A stretch of 32,000 nt of DNA from Demequinaceae bacterium (GCA_965250005.1 OZ252279.1:1440001-1472000); one strand, 5' to 3'. Positions 15,823-28,104 are shown, counted from the stretch's first letter. The notes: a model not told the origin generated them from the letters alone. Program-made: numbers and translations.

Positions 15823-16535
15823 CGATCATCATCCTTGCCGGCAGTTACGCCATCCCAGTACATGATCGTTGTCCTGCCAATCGTGATGGCGTTACCGTCG
15901 AGAAGAGTGACGTCCTTGATTTTTTGATCCTCAACATAGGTCCCGTTGGTGGACTCGAGGTCAGTCAGGATGGTTCCGTACTGTGTGACCTCGAAGCGAA
16001 TATGCATGCGGCTAATGCCCGTGTCATCCACGACGATGTCTGACTCGGTGCCGCGTCCGAGGACCGTGGTCTCCCCGGTCAGGTGATATCGCCTGCCGTC
16101 GACGTCGATGAGCGGATAGCGCGACTGTTGGTGTGTTGATGTGGTTGCTGGCGCGGCGGGGCCACGAGTGGTTCGTGAGGTGATGGTGTACCTCCCAGTA
16201 GAGAGAGTTTCCTCACGAAAGAAGCGCACCACAACGGGTCCCACGAATGCGTAGCGCTGAAACTCTGCATGATCTCCGAGCGTGGCTTCGAATTCACGCG
16301 CAAGAGCGTCTTCGCCCCATTCGAGAATTGCCGCGTGATCAACTTCGTTTAGTCCAACGTCATACTCGTTGGGTGCGACGGTGCGGTCTCGATCGACCAC
16401 GGCCGCTTGTGCGTCCGCCTGCTTTTTCAGCGCTCCGGACAGTTCCACGGGCTTGACTCCAGCGCGAAACGTCTTGGCGAACGCGGCACTTACCACGTTC
16501 TCAACGCCCCGCTCGAAGCGGTCCAATACACCCAT
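15819..16535 (-). CDS. fhaA: FhaA (DUF3662 N-terminal domain + C-terminal FHA domain)
   Basis: The N-terminus MGVLDRFERGVENVVSAAFAKTFRAGVKPVEL is typical of DUF3662. The C-terminal FHA signature is GRGTESDIVVDDTGISRMH...DLESTNGTYV. Confidence 0.92.
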   Translation of the reverse strand: MGVLDRFERGVENVVSAAFAKTFRAGVKPVELSGALKKQADAQAAVVDRDRTVAPNEYDVGLNEVDHAAILEWGEDALAREFEATLGDHAEFQRYAFVGPVVVRFFREETLSTGRYTITSRTTRGPAAPATTSTHQQSRYPLIDVDGRRYHLTGETTVLGRGTESDIVVDDTGISRMHIRFEVTQYGTILTDLESTNGTYVEDQKIKDVTLLDGNAITIGRTTIMYWDGVTAGKDDDR

Positions 16536-16563
16536 AGGTGAATCGTAACGGGCTGGGCCTTCG

Positions 16564-16572
16564 TGCTAGAGT
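16564..16572 (+). promoter_or_regulatory. Possible extended -10 element (TG-c-TAGAGT) for tRNA-Leu
   Basis: The motif ends 8 nt before the tRNA 5' end. No good -35 was seen. Confidence 0.3.
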
Positions 16573-16580
16573 CATGCGGC

Positions 16581-16664
16581 GCGCGAGTGGCGGAATTGGT
16601 AGACGCGCACGGTTCAGATCCGTGTGCCTGCAAGGGCGTAGGGGTTCAAGTCCCCTCTCGCGCA
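16581..16664 (+). tRNA. tRNA-Leu (anticodon CAG), long variable arm
   Basis: Acceptor GCGCGAG/CTCGCGC, anticodon stem CACGG/CCGTG with loop TT-CAG-AT, long variable arm and T arm AGGGG-TTCAAGT-CCCCT. Synteny matches leuT next to fhaA in mycobacteria. Confidence 0.92.
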
Positions 16665-16669
16665 CAATC

Positions 16670-16700
16670 GGCCCCCGAGTCACTCGGGGGCCTTGCTTCT
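16670..16700 (+). terminator. Rho-independent terminator after tRNA-Leu
   Basis: A 10-bp stem GGCCCCCGAG / CTCGGGGGCC with loop TCA is followed by TTGCTTCTT. Confidence 0.65.
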
Positions 16701-16908
16701 TGGGGTTGCGTCACCTCGAACAGCTGCCGAGTCGCGACCAGTCTCAGCGGCTGGTCCCGCGGCCGAGCGCCCAGCCGTCGACGACCTTCGCGCCGTGTAC
16801 ATGCGTGGCACCTCGCAACTCCACCAACTCAGGCTAGACGTGGTGTTTGGGACGGGCCAGGGATTTGTGACGTTATGCAACGTGTGCCGAGTCGGGCAGA
16901 CTGTACAC

Positions 16909-17772
16909 GTGAAGGGCATCATCCTGGCTGGCGGTTCCGGCACGCGGCTTCACCCGATTACCATCGGAGTGAGCAAGCAACTCGCGCCCGTGTACGACAA
17001 GCCGATGATCTACTATCCGCTTTCGACGCTGATCTTGGCCGGCATTCGAGACGTTCTTATCATCACGACTCCGCACGACGCCGGGCAGTTCGAGCGCCTC
17101 CTGGGAGACGGGTCGCAGTTTGGAATATCCGTCTCGTACGCACAGCAGCCGGAGCCGAATGGACTCGCGCAGGCGTTCACGATTGGCGCTGATTTCATTG
17201 GGACCGACACGGTCGCGTTGGTGCTCGGCGACAATATCTTCTACGGGCCCGGGCTGGGCACACGCCTCGAACGCTTCTCTGAGATCGATGGGGCCGCGGT
17301 TTTTGCGTATCGCGTAGTGGACCCGCAGGCCTACGGCGTTGTGGAGTTCGACGCCGACGGAAAGGCCCTCTCGCTTGAGGAGAAGCCAATGAAGCCCAAG
17401 TCAGACTTTGCCGTTCCGGGGCTGTATTTCTATGACAACGATGTGGTCGAGATCGCGAAGCGCCTCGAGCCGTCGGCACGCGGCGAGTACGAGATCACAC
17501 ATGTCAACCGCCACTACTTAGAGGCCGGAACGCTGCAGGTCGAGGTTCTCCCACGCGGCACCGCATGGTTGGACACGGGGACGTTCGACTCGCTCCTCGA
17601 CGCCGCCCAGTTTGTGCGGACCGTTCAGAACAGGCAGGGGCTAAGCATCGGGGCACCCGAAGAGGTGGCTTGGCGACTTGGATTCCTGAGTGACGTTGAA
17701 CTACGCGCGCGTGCGGAAAAGCTCGTGAAGTCCGGGTATGGCGCTTACCTGCTTGGCCTGCTCGACGACTAG
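16909..17772 (+). CDS. rmlA: Glucose-1-phosphate thymidylyltransferase
   Basis: [18 protein letters not shown] is the canonical RmlA N-terminus, so the GTG at 16909 is preferred. The 72 upstream codons of the track ORF are Arg/Ala-rich and unlike RmlA. LGDNIFYG and WLDTGT motifs are present. Confidence 0.92.
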   Translation: MKGIILAGGSGTRLHPITIGVSKQLAPVYDKPMIYYPLSTLILAGIRDVLIITTPHDAGQFERLLGDGSQFGISVSYAQQPEPNGLAQAFTIGADFIGTDTVALVLGDNIFYGPGLGTRLERFSEIDGAAVFAYRVVDPQAYGVVEFDADGKALSLEEKPMKPKSDFAVPGLYFYDNDVVEIAKRLEPSARGEYEITHVNRHYLEAGTLQVEVLPRGTAWLDTGTFDSLLDAAQFVRTVQNRQGLSIGAPEEVAWRLGFLSDVELRARAEKLVKSGYGAYLLGLLDD

Positions 17773-17782
17773 AGCGGATCCG

Positions 17783-18649
17783 CTAGTCAGCTGCGGCGAT
17801 GATCGCGGGCGCCGCGGCAGTCCAGCGTTCGCGCCAGTTGCCAATGGGCGCGATGCCGTTCGCAGCGAGCGCACCGTGGCCTAGGACGGAGTAGGCGGGG
17901 CGAGCGGCAGGCCGCGAATACGCGGATGAACTGCAGGGAGTGACGATGTCCCCGAGACCAGCAGACTCGACAATCGCGAGTGCGAATTCGTACCAGGACG
18001 CCTCACCGGATGACGTCCCGTGATAGGTGCCGGCCGGCGCTTCGGCCTCAAGCATGTCCAGAATGAGTCCAGCGAGGTCGCGTGTCCACGTCGGCTGTCC
18101 AAACTGGTCGTTGACCACCTGTATTGTGCCGCGTTCGCGTCCGGCGTTGAGCATGGTCCGAGGGAAACTGGGTCCCGCCGCGCCGTATAACCAAGCGGTG
18201 CGGACGATCAGTGCATCAGCCCTTGACTCGAGAACCTCAATCTCTCCCGCAGCCTTGGTTCGGCCGTACGCGCTCGTGGGCGCAAATGACGCGTCCTCTG
18301 GATATGGCTCGGTCGCGTCGCCGCCAAAGACGTAGTCAGTCGAGATGTGAACCAGGCGGGCGTCGCTGGCGGCACAAGCACGCGCGAGAATTCCAGCGCC
18401 GGTCGCGTTGACTGAGTACGCGAGTTCTTCGTGTTCTTCGGCAGCGTCCACCGCGGTGAAGGCCGCGCAGTTCACTACTAGGTCATGGGCTGACACGGCT
18501 CGCTCAACGGCCGCGGGATTGGTGATGTCGAGTTCGGTAACACCCGTGACGGTGGGGCTCACACCCCTGGAGCGAAGTAACTCTATGAGGTCAGTTGCGA
18601 GCATCCCGTTGCCACCGGTGATGAGCCATTTGGCCGGTGTGCTTTTCAC
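17783..18649 (-). CDS. rmlD: dTDP-4-dehydrorhamnose reductase
   Basis: WLITGGNGMLATDL is a Rossmann motif. STDYVFGG and the YGRTK catalytic YxxxK motif are present, and the length is typical of RmlD. Confidence 0.9.
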   Translation of the reverse strand: MKSTPAKWLITGGNGMLATDLIELLRSRGVSPTVTGVTELDITNPAAVERAVSAHDLVVNCAAFTAVDAAEEHEELAYSVNATGAGILARACAASDARLVHISTDYVFGGDATEPYPEDASFAPTSAYGRTKAAGEIEVLESRADALIVRTAWLYGAAGPSFPRTMLNAGRERGTIQVVNDQFGQPTWTRDLAGLILDMLEAEAPAGTYHGTSSGEASWYEFALAIVESAGLGDIVTPCSSSAYSRPAARPAYSVLGHGALAANGIAPIGNWRERWTAAAPAIIAAAD

Positions 18650-18702
18650 GCAAGTCAGCCTATCCCTGTGGGTAGGCTAGACCACGCAATCAAGGAGGAA
18701 CA

Positions 18703-19317
18703 GTGGAGTACAGAGCCCTCGACATCGAAGGCGCGTGGGAAATCACCCCGCAGCAATTGGGCGACCCGCGCGGGCTGTTCTTCGAATGGTTCAAGGACGC
18801 ACCCTTCGCGAGTGCTGCTGGACATGAGTTCAGTGTCGCGCAAGCCAACATGTCAGTCTCGGCGGCTGGCGCAATTCGCGGGATCCATTTTGCAGACGTC
18901 CCTCCTGGCCAAGCCAAGTACGTCACGTGCCCTAAGGGCGCGGTCCTTGACGTCGTTGTTGACCTGCGGGTAGGTTCAACTACTTTTGGAAAGTGGGACG
19001 CAGTCCTGCTTGACGATGTTGACCGGCGCGCGACCTACCTCAGCGAGGGGCTTGGGCACGCGTTCATGGCCGTGGAGGACGGATCAACAGTTGTCTACCT
19101 ATGCTCGACGCCATACGCACCGGAACGCGAGCACGCGGTGAGCCCCCTCGATCCCGAAATCGGAATTGACTGGCCCACGGTCGCGCGAGACGGGTCCGCG
19201 ATCGTGCAACAGGTGTCCCCGAGGGACAGCGAAGCCCCCGCCCTAACTGACGCCCGCAAGGCAGGGCTGCTCCCTCCGCTCGCGAGTGTTGAGGCGTGGC
19301 GGTCGTCGCTCAGCTAG
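18703..19317 (+). CDS. rmlC: dTDP-4-dehydrorhamnose 3,5-epimerase
   Basis: The cupin-fold RmlC pattern is present: DPRGLFFEWF, IRGIHFAD, KYVTCPKGAVLDVVVDLR and GLGHAF. Confidence 0.9.
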   Translation: MEYRALDIEGAWEITPQQLGDPRGLFFEWFKDAPFASAAGHEFSVAQANMSVSAAGAIRGIHFADVPPGQAKYVTCPKGAVLDVVVDLRVGSTTFGKWDAVLLDDVDRRATYLSEGLGHAFMAVEDGSTVVYLCSTPYAPEREHAVSPLDPEIGIDWPTVARDGSAIVQQVSPRDSEAPALTDARKAGLLPPLASVEAWRSSLS

Positions 19318-19402
19318 CCACTGCGGCTGCGATGGGTATTCTTGAGCAGAACGCTCGGCAATGCGCGACCGCGGAGGTATTAGCGGGTTACGTCGGCCCT
19401 AG

Positions 19403-21341
<1,939 letters not shown>

Positions 21342-21345
<4 letters not shown>

Positions 21346-22472
21346 GACAAGGCGCCCAAGCGAATGCGCGCGGCGAGGTCACCGGCCACTGCGTTGGGAG
21401 TGAACTGTTCGGCTGCCAAGGCTCGAGATGCGCGCTGCATCTTGGCGACCCGAGCGCGGTCGTTGGCGAGCGCTTCGAGGGCGTCGGCCAAGGAGTGTGC
21501 GTCTCCGGGTTTCGTGAAGATTGCGGCGTCGCCGAGCGTCGTTCGCTGTGGTGCGGTGTTCGATGTCACGAGGCAGCAACCCGCTGCCGCGCCCTGGTAG
21601 ATCTTGTTTGGCACCACCCGGTGCGCCTTGTCGGAGGTGCCGAAAATCCCGAGGCACACGTCGTGTTTGCCGACGAGAGCAGGAAGATCGTCGGCGTCGA
21701 CCCAGTCGAGCCAGGTGACATTCGCGGCTCCTAAGGCCGTGCGAGTGTACTCGGCGTCTTGACCGTCGCCCACGAGTGTGGCGGCGATTGGAACGTCGCG
21801 TTCAGCCAGGATTCGTAGCGCCGCGCCGATAGTTGGCGCGCCTTGCAGGGGCGTGAACAAGCCAAAGAAGATCACCGAGAGTGGTGCCGACTTTCGCGCT
21901 CGGCCCCGCGCAGGTGGATCCGCGTGCCACGTGACGGGAGCTCCAACGGGGACGACGATGCCACGGTCGCGGCGACGGGCTGGCAGTAGCTCGAGGTGCT
22001 GCTGCGTGTCAACCAGGATGATTGACGCGCTCCCAAGCGCGCCCCGATCAAGCCCGCGCAGGATCCAACGCATAATCCCTCCGCCCACGCCACGGTCGCG
22101 GGCCGTGTCGGCCGCAAAAATGAGGTGGTCGAGCACGATCGTCGCACGCGGAAATGCCAAGCGCGCGACGATGACGTCGAAGTGCCCCAAGTACCCGACG
22201 ATGATCCCGTCGATGCGTTGAGAGCGTCGTATTTGGCGGCCCTCTCGAATGAGCTGTGACCATGTCGCCAACATGTTCCACGTGGCACCTACGAGCCGCC
22301 AGGGCTTGCGCAGCATTTCAACGCGCTGGCTCGTGGACATCTCGTTGGGACGGTTGACTTCAACAACCTCAATGCCCACAGCCCTCAGGCCGGCCAGCAC
22401 GATTCCAACCCGAGGATGCCGGCGCACGTCATACGTGCCCCAACCCATGACCCGAGGCGTCGGCGAAGTCAC
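21342..22472 (-). CDS. GT-B fold glycosyltransferase (GT4/GT1-like)
   Basis: The C-terminal half has the typical GT-B nucleotide-sugar-binding pattern (FFGLF...VGDG...DVCLGIFGTS...PNKIYQGAAAGCCLVTS). The GTG start overlaps the GT2 stop (GTGA). Confidence 0.75.
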
Positions 22473-23410
22473 TTCCCGTACTGAATCTCTTTGATGCGCT
22501 CGAGTGCGTCCTCGTGAAGGATCCGGTTCGTTCTAAGAAGGTCGGACAGCACACCAAGCGCGAGCGAGAGCAACGTGGCGACTAGCAGGGCGGCACCAAG
22601 AATGAGTGATTGGAAATGGTTGCCCTCGTCGCCCATGAGCCGGAGGATTCCGTACCGAACGAAGGGCGTGAGGCCCAGAATGCCGAAGAACCACGAGAGC
22701 GTCGCGAAGATGGCCCACGGTCGAAACATGATGTACGAGCGCATGATCGCCTGACCCGACTTGATCATGTGCTCGAACACATTCTTGAACAGTCGTGACT
22801 CACGCGTCTTGGGATTGGTTTCAATTGCGATGCTCGCGATCGCCAGTCGCTTGTTGCCCGCCTGGATGATGGTCTCCATGCAGTACGAGAACTGGGTAAC
22901 AATGTTCAGGCGGTAGAGCGAATAGCGCGAGTATGCGCGGAAGCCGGACGCGGCATCGGGAAGCTTGGTGCCAGCGGCGCGGTTCACGACCCACGAACCC
23001 AGGCGCTGCATGAGCTTCTTGAATGGCGAGAAATGCTTGATCGTGCTGGTTTGACGGTCGCCGATGACGATGTCTGCATGGCCCTCGAGGATGGGCTGCA
23101 CGAGGTCGCTGATCCGTTCCTGCGGGTACTGATTGTCGCCATCCGTATTGACGATTATGTCTGCGCCGTGAGCGAGTGCGTATTCAACGCCATCACGGAA
23201 CGAGCGGGCTAGCCCCATATTCTGCGAATGGCGCACGACGTGCTCAACTCCGTGCTTCTTCGCGACCGCAACAGTGGCGTCGGTCGAACCGTCGTCGATG
23301 ATGAGGACTTCGATCTTGTCGATGCCTGGAATCCTTTTTGGCAACGAACTCAGTACGAGGGGTAGCGTCTCCGCCTCGTTCAGGCACGGAACCTGGATGA
23401 ATACTTTCAC
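22469..23410 (-). CDS. GT2-family polyprenol-phosphate glycosyltransferase-like enzyme (GtrB/DPM1-like) with two C-terminal TM helices
   Basis: VKVFIQVPCLNEAETL, IIDDGSTD and VNTDGDNQYP (DxD) are present, followed by two hydrophobic helices at the C-terminus. The GTG at 23410 is preceded by AAAGGA at good spacing. The track ORF's ATG at 23473 adds 21 unlikely residues. Confidence 0.85.
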   Translation of the reverse strand: MKVFIQVPCLNEAETLPLVLSSLPKRIPGIDKIEVLIIDDGSTDATVAVAKKHGVEHVVRHSQNMGLARSFRDGVEYALAHGADIIVNTDGDNQYPQERISDLVQPILEGHADIVIGDRQTSTIKHFSPFKKLMQRLGSWVVNRAAGTKLPDAASGFRAYSRYSLYRLNIVTQFSYCMETIIQAGNKRLAIASIAIETNPKTRESRLFKNVFEHMIKSGQAIMRSYIMFRPWAIFATLSWFFGILGLTPFVRYGILRLMGDEGNHFQSLILGAALLVATLLSLALGVLSDLLRTNRILHEDALERIKEIQYGK

Positions 23411-23649
23411 GCGAGTTCCTTTGGATTGGGGCGCCCGGGATTCCAGGGTAGCCAAGCCGCTTACCGGCGGCAAAGCACCCTACCGGCCCGGCCGGTAGAT
23501 TCTGGCGAAAAGCGAAATCACGCTCTGTCTCATGACCGCGCCGATTGCGGAGCTGAGCATCATCGTTGAGGAAGAGGTGCTGACCGCCCACGTGGGGCGC
23601 GACCGGCCAGTTCTCCGGGCGTAGTCGCGCTTGGAATCAGCCGATTACA

Positions 23650-23701
23650 GTTCACCATCCCTTGGCGCGATCGACGGTTGCGTTCGTAGGATGGAGTGAA
23701 C
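23650..23701 (+). other. Long-range inverted repeat GTTCACCATCC ... GGATGG(A)GTGAAC in the 5' leader of the DUF1508 gene
   Basis: An 11-bp stem with a single bulged A and a 28-nt loop ends 9 nt before the AAGGAG Shine-Dalgarno. The function is unknown. Confidence 0.25.
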
Positions 23702-23723
23702 CATTAAGCGAAGGAGATCCCCC

Positions 23724-23900
23724 ATGAGGTTTACCATTCAGAAGAGTGCCAAGAACGGACAGTTCTGGTTCCGAGTTGTCGCAGCCAATGGTCGGATTCT
23801 TGCCACCAGCGAGATGTACAAGCAGAAGGCCTCTGCGGTCGATGCAATCGAGTCCATTAAGGGACACGCAAGCAGGGCTCCGGTGGTCGACGAGACCTAG
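23724..23900 (+). CDS. DUF1508 (YegP-like, UPF0339) small protein, 58 aa
   Basis: MRFTIQKSAKNGQFWFRVVAANGRILATSEMYKQKASAVDAIESIKGHA fits the single-repeat YegP pattern (F-x-l-x-k...G-x-f-x-F-x-l-x-A-x-NG-x-i-l...SE-x-Y...I-x-S-I-K). A strong AAGGAG lies 7 nt upstream. It is below the track's size cutoff. Confidence 0.8.
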   Translation: MRFTIQKSAKNGQFWFRVVAANGRILATSEMYKQKASAVDAIESIKGHASRAPVVDET

Positions 23901-23993
23901 GAGCGGCCGCCTGCGGGCGCGGCGCGGCGCCACGGACGTGCGACTCGCCGCGATGCCCTGCCGCGACGCCGCGGTTTGCGACACAATGGGGCA

Positions 23994-26873
23994 GTGACCT
24001 CGTTCTCAGATCGGCATGTCGGGCCAGACTGGCACGACACCCGCGCCATGCTTGGCGAAGTCGGCTACGCGTCGCTCGCGGAGTTGACCGAAGCCGCGAT
24101 TCCCGCCGCGATACTTGAAGACCTACCCCTCGATCTGCCGCCAGCCGTTTCGGAGTACGAAGCGCTGCGCCGCCTGGGCAACTTTGCTGGCATGAACAAG
24201 GCGATGGTCCAAATGATCGGGCAGGGCTACAGCGACACCATGACGCCGCGCGTCGTACAGAGATACCTGCTTGAGAACCCCGCCTGGTACACCGCTTACA
24301 CGCCGTATCAGCCAGAGATTTCCCAGGGCCGGCTCGAGGCGCTCCTGATCTTCCAGACGATGGTGTCTGACCTCACTGCGCTTCCTACGGCCGGCGCATC
24401 CCTGCTGGACGAATCGACCGCCGTTGCCGAGGCCGTGTTATTGATGCGCCGTGCCGTGAAGGGTAAGCCCAAGGGAATCATCGTTCTCGACGATGAGTGC
24501 CTTCCACAGACCATCGAGGTCGTGGCCGCGCAGGCCGCAGCCATCGGGCTGGCGCTCGAGGTGCAGAGGCTAGGCCCTCGATGGAAGGCGCCGGACAACT
24601 TGATCGGCGTCGTTGTTCAGCAGCCGGGAGTCTCGGGTGTGGTGCGGGAGGTCGAGCACATTGTCGAGTCGGCGCATGCGGTCGGTGCGCTCGCTACGGT
24701 TGCGGCAGACTTGCTGGCCTTGTGCATCATCAAACCGCCTGGCGAGCTTGGTGCGGATATCGCGGTGGGTTCGGCGCAGCGTTTTGGTGTCCCGTTGTTC
24801 TTTGGCGGTCCGCACGCGGCGTACATGTCGGTCCGCGAGGGCCTCGAGAGAGAGTTGCCCGGCCGCCTGGTAGGCGTGTCCGTCGACGCCGACGGCAGAC
24901 GCGCCTATCGCCTCGCGCTCCAGACGCGCGAGCAGCACATCCGTCGCGATAAGGCCACGTCAAACATCTGCACCGCGCAGGCACTCCTAGCGATCGCCGC
25001 TGGAATGTACGCCGTTCACCATGGGCCCGAGGGACTCCGCGACATTGCGGCACGCGTGCACGCTCATGCGGTCTCGCTTGCCGACACGCTTCGCGAGGCC
25101 GGCGTCGAGGTCAAACACGAGACGTTCTTCGACACGGTCGTTGCCGTCGTGCCGCATGGCGCGGAATCCGTCATGGAGCGCACCGCCGCTGAAGGCATCA
25201 ACGTGCGGCGGGTCAACGAGGACGAGGTAGCGATCGCGTGCGACGAGATCACCACGGCACAAGTGATCGGCACGCTCGTGGCCGCAATCACGGCCACCAA
25301 GCGCGAGTGGGTTGAGGTGAGCCCGGGAGTCGCCATCCCGCGCCACATGCGCCGTCAGAGCGAGTACCTCTTCCACGAGTCGTTCCACAAGTACCGCTCC
25401 GAAACCGAGATGATGAGGTTCCTGCGGCGCCTGGGCGACCGAGACCTAGCGCTCGACCGCACAATGATTCCGCTCGGCTCGTGCACCATGAAGCTCAATG
25501 CCGCGGTTCAGATGGCACCACTGACGTGGCCGGGGTTCGCCAATATTCACCCGTTCGCACCCAGCAACCAGACCGCCGGTTATCGGGACATGATTGCTCA
25601 ACTCGAGAGTTGGCTCGCGACGGTCACTGGGTACTCGGCCGTCTCCGTTCAGCCCAACGCCGGGTCGCGCGGGGAGTACGCCGGCCTGCTCGCCATCGCG
25701 GCATACCACCGCGACCAGGGGCATCCAGAGAAGAAGGTGTGCCTGATTCCTGCGTCCGCGCACGGCACCAACGCCGCATCGGCGGTACTGGCGGGCATGA
25801 AGGTTGCGGTTATCGCCACGGCGGAGAACGGCACCGTCGACATTGAGGATCTGAAAGCGAAGATCAAGCAACACAAAGGAACCGTCGCCGCGATTATGGT
25901 GACGTATCCGTCGACTCACGGCGTCTACGAAGACGAGATTGCCCAGGTCTGCGAGTTGGTTCATCAAGCTGGTGGCCAAGTTTTCATCGATGGCGCAAAC
26001 CTCAACGCGCTGGTGGGACTTGCGAAGCCTGGCAACTTCGGCGGCGACGTCTCGCACCTCAACCTTCACAAGACCTTCGCTCTCCCTCACGGCGGTGGCG
26101 GGCCCGGGGTGGGCCCCGTCGCCGTCGCAGAGCACCTCGTCAAGTACCTGCCCGGCCTGCGGCAGACCATTCAGAGGCCCCAGGAACTCGCACGCGCGGG
26201 CGCCCCCGTCAGTGCCGCTCCATATGGCTCTGCTGGCTTGCTACCTATTTCGTGGGCGTACATTTCGCTCTTGGGCGCCGACGGCATGCGAAAGGCGACC
26301 GAAACCGCGGTATTGTCCGCCAACTACATCGCCACCAAGCTCGACCCGCATTTCCCGGTGCTTTACAAGGGCCCCAACGGCCTCGTAGCGCACGAGTGCA
26401 TCCTGGATGTTCGACCACATACCAAGGCCACCGGAGTGACCGCCGAGGACATCGCCAAGCGGCTCATCGACTTCGGCTTTCACGCCCCGACCATGTCGTT
26501 CCCGGTCTCCGGCACGTTGATGGTCGAACCGACCGAGAGCGAGAGCGTTACCGAACTCGACCGCTTCATCCAGGCAATGATTGAAATTCGAGGCGAGATC
26601 AAGGCCATCGAGGACGGCGCAATCGCCGTCGAGGACTCGCCGTTACGTCACGCGCCGCACACCGCCTCGATGGTCGTGTCCGACACCTGGGAGCAAAAAT
26701 ACTCGCGCGAGCAAGCGGCGTTCCCGGTCCCCAGCCTGCGTGCGGACAAGTACTGGTCTCCGGTGCGCCGCGTCGATAACGCATACGGCGACCGCAACCT
26801 GGTGTGTAGTTGCCCCCCGCTCGAGGACTACGTGGCGGCTTACGACGACGCAGTCGATCAGGAAGACGCCTGA
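23994..26873 (+). CDS. gcvP: Glycine dehydrogenase (decarboxylating), glycine cleavage P protein
   Basis: This is a single-chain ~960-aa P protein. It has N-terminal [22 protein letters not shown] and the PLP-lysine region [16 protein letters not shown]. The start is either the GTG at 23994 ([11 protein letters not shown], preferred) or the TTG at 23976. Confidence 0.93.
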   Translation: MTSFSDRHVGPDWHDTRAMLGEVGYASLAELTEAAIPAAILEDLPLDLPPAVSEYEALRRLGNFAGMNKAMVQMIGQGYSDTMTPRVVQRYLLENPAWYTAYTPYQPEISQGRLEALLIFQTMVSDLTALPTAGASLLDESTAVAEAVLLMRRAVKGKPKGIIVLDDECLPQTIEVVAAQAAAIGLALEVQRLGPRWKAPDNLIGVVVQQPGVSGVVREVEHIVESAHAVGALATVAADLLALCIIKPPGELGADIAVGSAQRFGVPLFFGGPHAAYMSVREGLERELPGRLVGVSVDADGRRAYRLALQTREQHIRRDKATSNICTAQALLAIAAGMYAVHHGPEGLRDIAARVHAHAVSLADTLREAGVEVKHETFFDTVVAVVPHGAESVMERTAAEGINVRRVNEDEVAIACDEITTAQVIGTLVAAITATKREWVEVSPGVAIPRHMRRQSEYLFHESFHKYRSETEMMRFLRRLGDRDLALDRTMIPLGSCTMKLNAAVQMAPLTWPGFANIHPFAPSNQTAGYRDMIAQLESWLATVTGYSAVSVQPNAGSRGEYAGLLAIAAYHRDQGHPEKKVCLIPASAHGTNAASAVLAGMKVAVIATAENGTVDIEDLKAKIKQHKGTVAAIMVTYPSTHGVYEDEIAQVCELVHQAGGQVFIDGANLNALVGLAKPGNFGGDVSHLNLHKTFALPHGGGGPGVGPVAVAEHLVKYLPGLRQTIQRPQELARAGAPVSAAPYGSAGLLPISWAYISLLGADGMRKATETAVLSANYIATKLDPHFPVLYKGPNGLVAHECILDVRPHTKATGVTAEDIAKRLIDFGFHAPTMSFPVSGTLMVEPTESESVTELDRFIQAMIEIRGEIKAIEDGAIAVEDSPLRHAPHTASMVVSDTWEQKYSREQAAFPVPSLRADKYWSPVRRVDNAYGDRNLVCSCPPLEDYVAAYDDAVDQEDA

Positions 26874-26904
26874 CGCCCCGTCGGGCCGCGACCACGGAGG
26901 CTCG

Positions 26905-28065
26905 ATGAGCACCACCAGCCCGCTGCACGCGCAGCATGAGGCTCTTGGGGCGACCATGACCGACTTCGCGGGTTACACAATGCCCGTCCGCTACACCTCT
27001 GACATCGCGGAACATGAGGCCGTCCGTACCACCGCTGGATTGTTTGATGTCAGCCACATGGGCGAGATCTACGTCACGGGAGCGCAGGCGGCAGCGGCGC
27101 TCGAGTACGCGCTCGTGGGCCGCATGAGCGCAGTCGGAGTTGGCCGAGCCAAGTACACGATGCTTTGCGCGCCCGACGGCGGAGTCCTGGACGACCTGAT
27201 TGTTTACCGGACGGCAAGCGATGCATTCCTCGTGGTCGCGAACGCAGGCAACAGCACCTTCGTCGCCGCTGAACTCGCGGTCCGGTGCGGGAACTTCGAG
27301 TGCGTCGTCGAAGACGTCTCGGCGGCCACGTCGCTGATAGCGGTACAGGGGCCAGCCGCGCGAGGCATCGTGATGGCGATGACGAGCGGCTTTGGTGACG
27401 ATGCTGTCGGCGATTTGAAGTACTACGCCAGCACAACCGCGAAGGTTGATGGTGTAGTGCAGGCCCTGGTGGGCCGGACGGGCTACACCGGCGAGGATGG
27501 CTTTGAGCTGTTCGTGGCTGCCGCTGACGCGGAGCACATGTGGGACTCGGCGCTTCGAAACGGGACCGCCGCCGGCATGGTCGCCTGCGGGCTCGCCTCG
27601 CGCGACACGCTGCGCCTTGAGGCTGGCATGCCGCTGCACGGAGCCGAGATTGGCGCCGACCGCTCGCCATACGCCGCAGGCCTTGGCTGGGCAGTCCAGT
27701 TGGGAACAACGAAGGTCCCTCGAGGCGAGTTTGTGGGAAAGAAGGCGCTCGCGGCAGCGGCCGAGAGCGACGCAGGTTGGTGGGCGAAACCCGCCGAAGC
27801 TCCGCTGGATGCCCGCGTGCTCATCGGCATGCGGGGCGAGGGACGTCGGGCCGCGCGGGCTGGCTACAGTGTTCTCGATGCCGATGGCGCCGAGGTGGGC
27901 GACGTAACATCGGGAGCGCCGTCACCGTCGCTGGGAAACCCGATCGCAATGGCCTACGTCCACCCACGCGTGGCAGCGGACGGGACGGACCTTGCGGTTG
28001 ACGTGCGCGGGCGCCTTGAATCGATGAAGGCGTGGCCGCTACCGTTCTACAAGCGGGCGCAGTAG
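26905..28065 (+). CDS. gcvT: Aminomethyltransferase, glycine cleavage T protein
   Basis: The ATG at 26905 is preceded by GGAGG. TSPLHAQHEALGATMTDFAGYTMPVRY and FDVSHMGE are present. The 108 upstream codons of the track ORF overlap gcvP out of frame and are Arg/Pro-rich. Confidence 0.93.
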   Translation: MSTTSPLHAQHEALGATMTDFAGYTMPVRYTSDIAEHEAVRTTAGLFDVSHMGEIYVTGAQAAAALEYALVGRMSAVGVGRAKYTMLCAPDGGVLDDLIVYRTASDAFLVVANAGNSTFVAAELAVRCGNFECVVEDVSAATSLIAVQGPAARGIVMAMTSGFGDDAVGDLKYYASTTAKVDGVVQALVGRTGYTGEDGFELFVAAADAEHMWDSALRNGTAAGMVACGLASRDTLRLEAGMPLHGAEIGADRSPYAAGLGWAVQLGTTKVPRGEFVGKKALAAAAESDAGWWAKPAEAPLDARVLIGMRGEGRRAARAGYSVLDADGAEVGDVTSGAPSPSLGNPIAMAYVHPRVAADGTDLAVDVRGRLESMKAWPLPFYKRAQ

Positions 28066-28104
28066 CGTTTCCCTAAGCGCACGCGCGGAGGAAAGGAATC
28101 TGAG

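Noticed and set aside
16693-16908. 5' extensions of track ORFs: rmlA (72 codons), and likewise gcvT (26581..26904), metF (29547..29732), tag (29594..29770), trpG (6433..6480) and GT2 (23411..23473)
   Set aside because: The extensions overlap neighbouring genes or are Arg/Ala/Pro-rich. Canonical family N-termini with ribosome-binding sites or coupling signals begin at the internal starts reported in the features.
23411-23993. Searched for a glycine riboswitch upstream of gcvP, and in the 31-nt gcvP-gcvT gap
   Set aside because: I found no tandem aptamer signature (GGAGAG ... ACCGAAGGGGCAA-type cores). The only CGAAGGAG match (23709-23716) is the DUF1508 Shine-Dalgarno. Absence cannot be proven by eye, and an Rfam cmscan would be decisive.
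26599-27639. 346-aa minus-strand ORF antisense to gcvP/gcvT, and the 211-aa ORF at 27074..27709
   Set aside because: Both have the same Arg/Pro-rich artefact composition and are fully covered by the well-supported gcvT.
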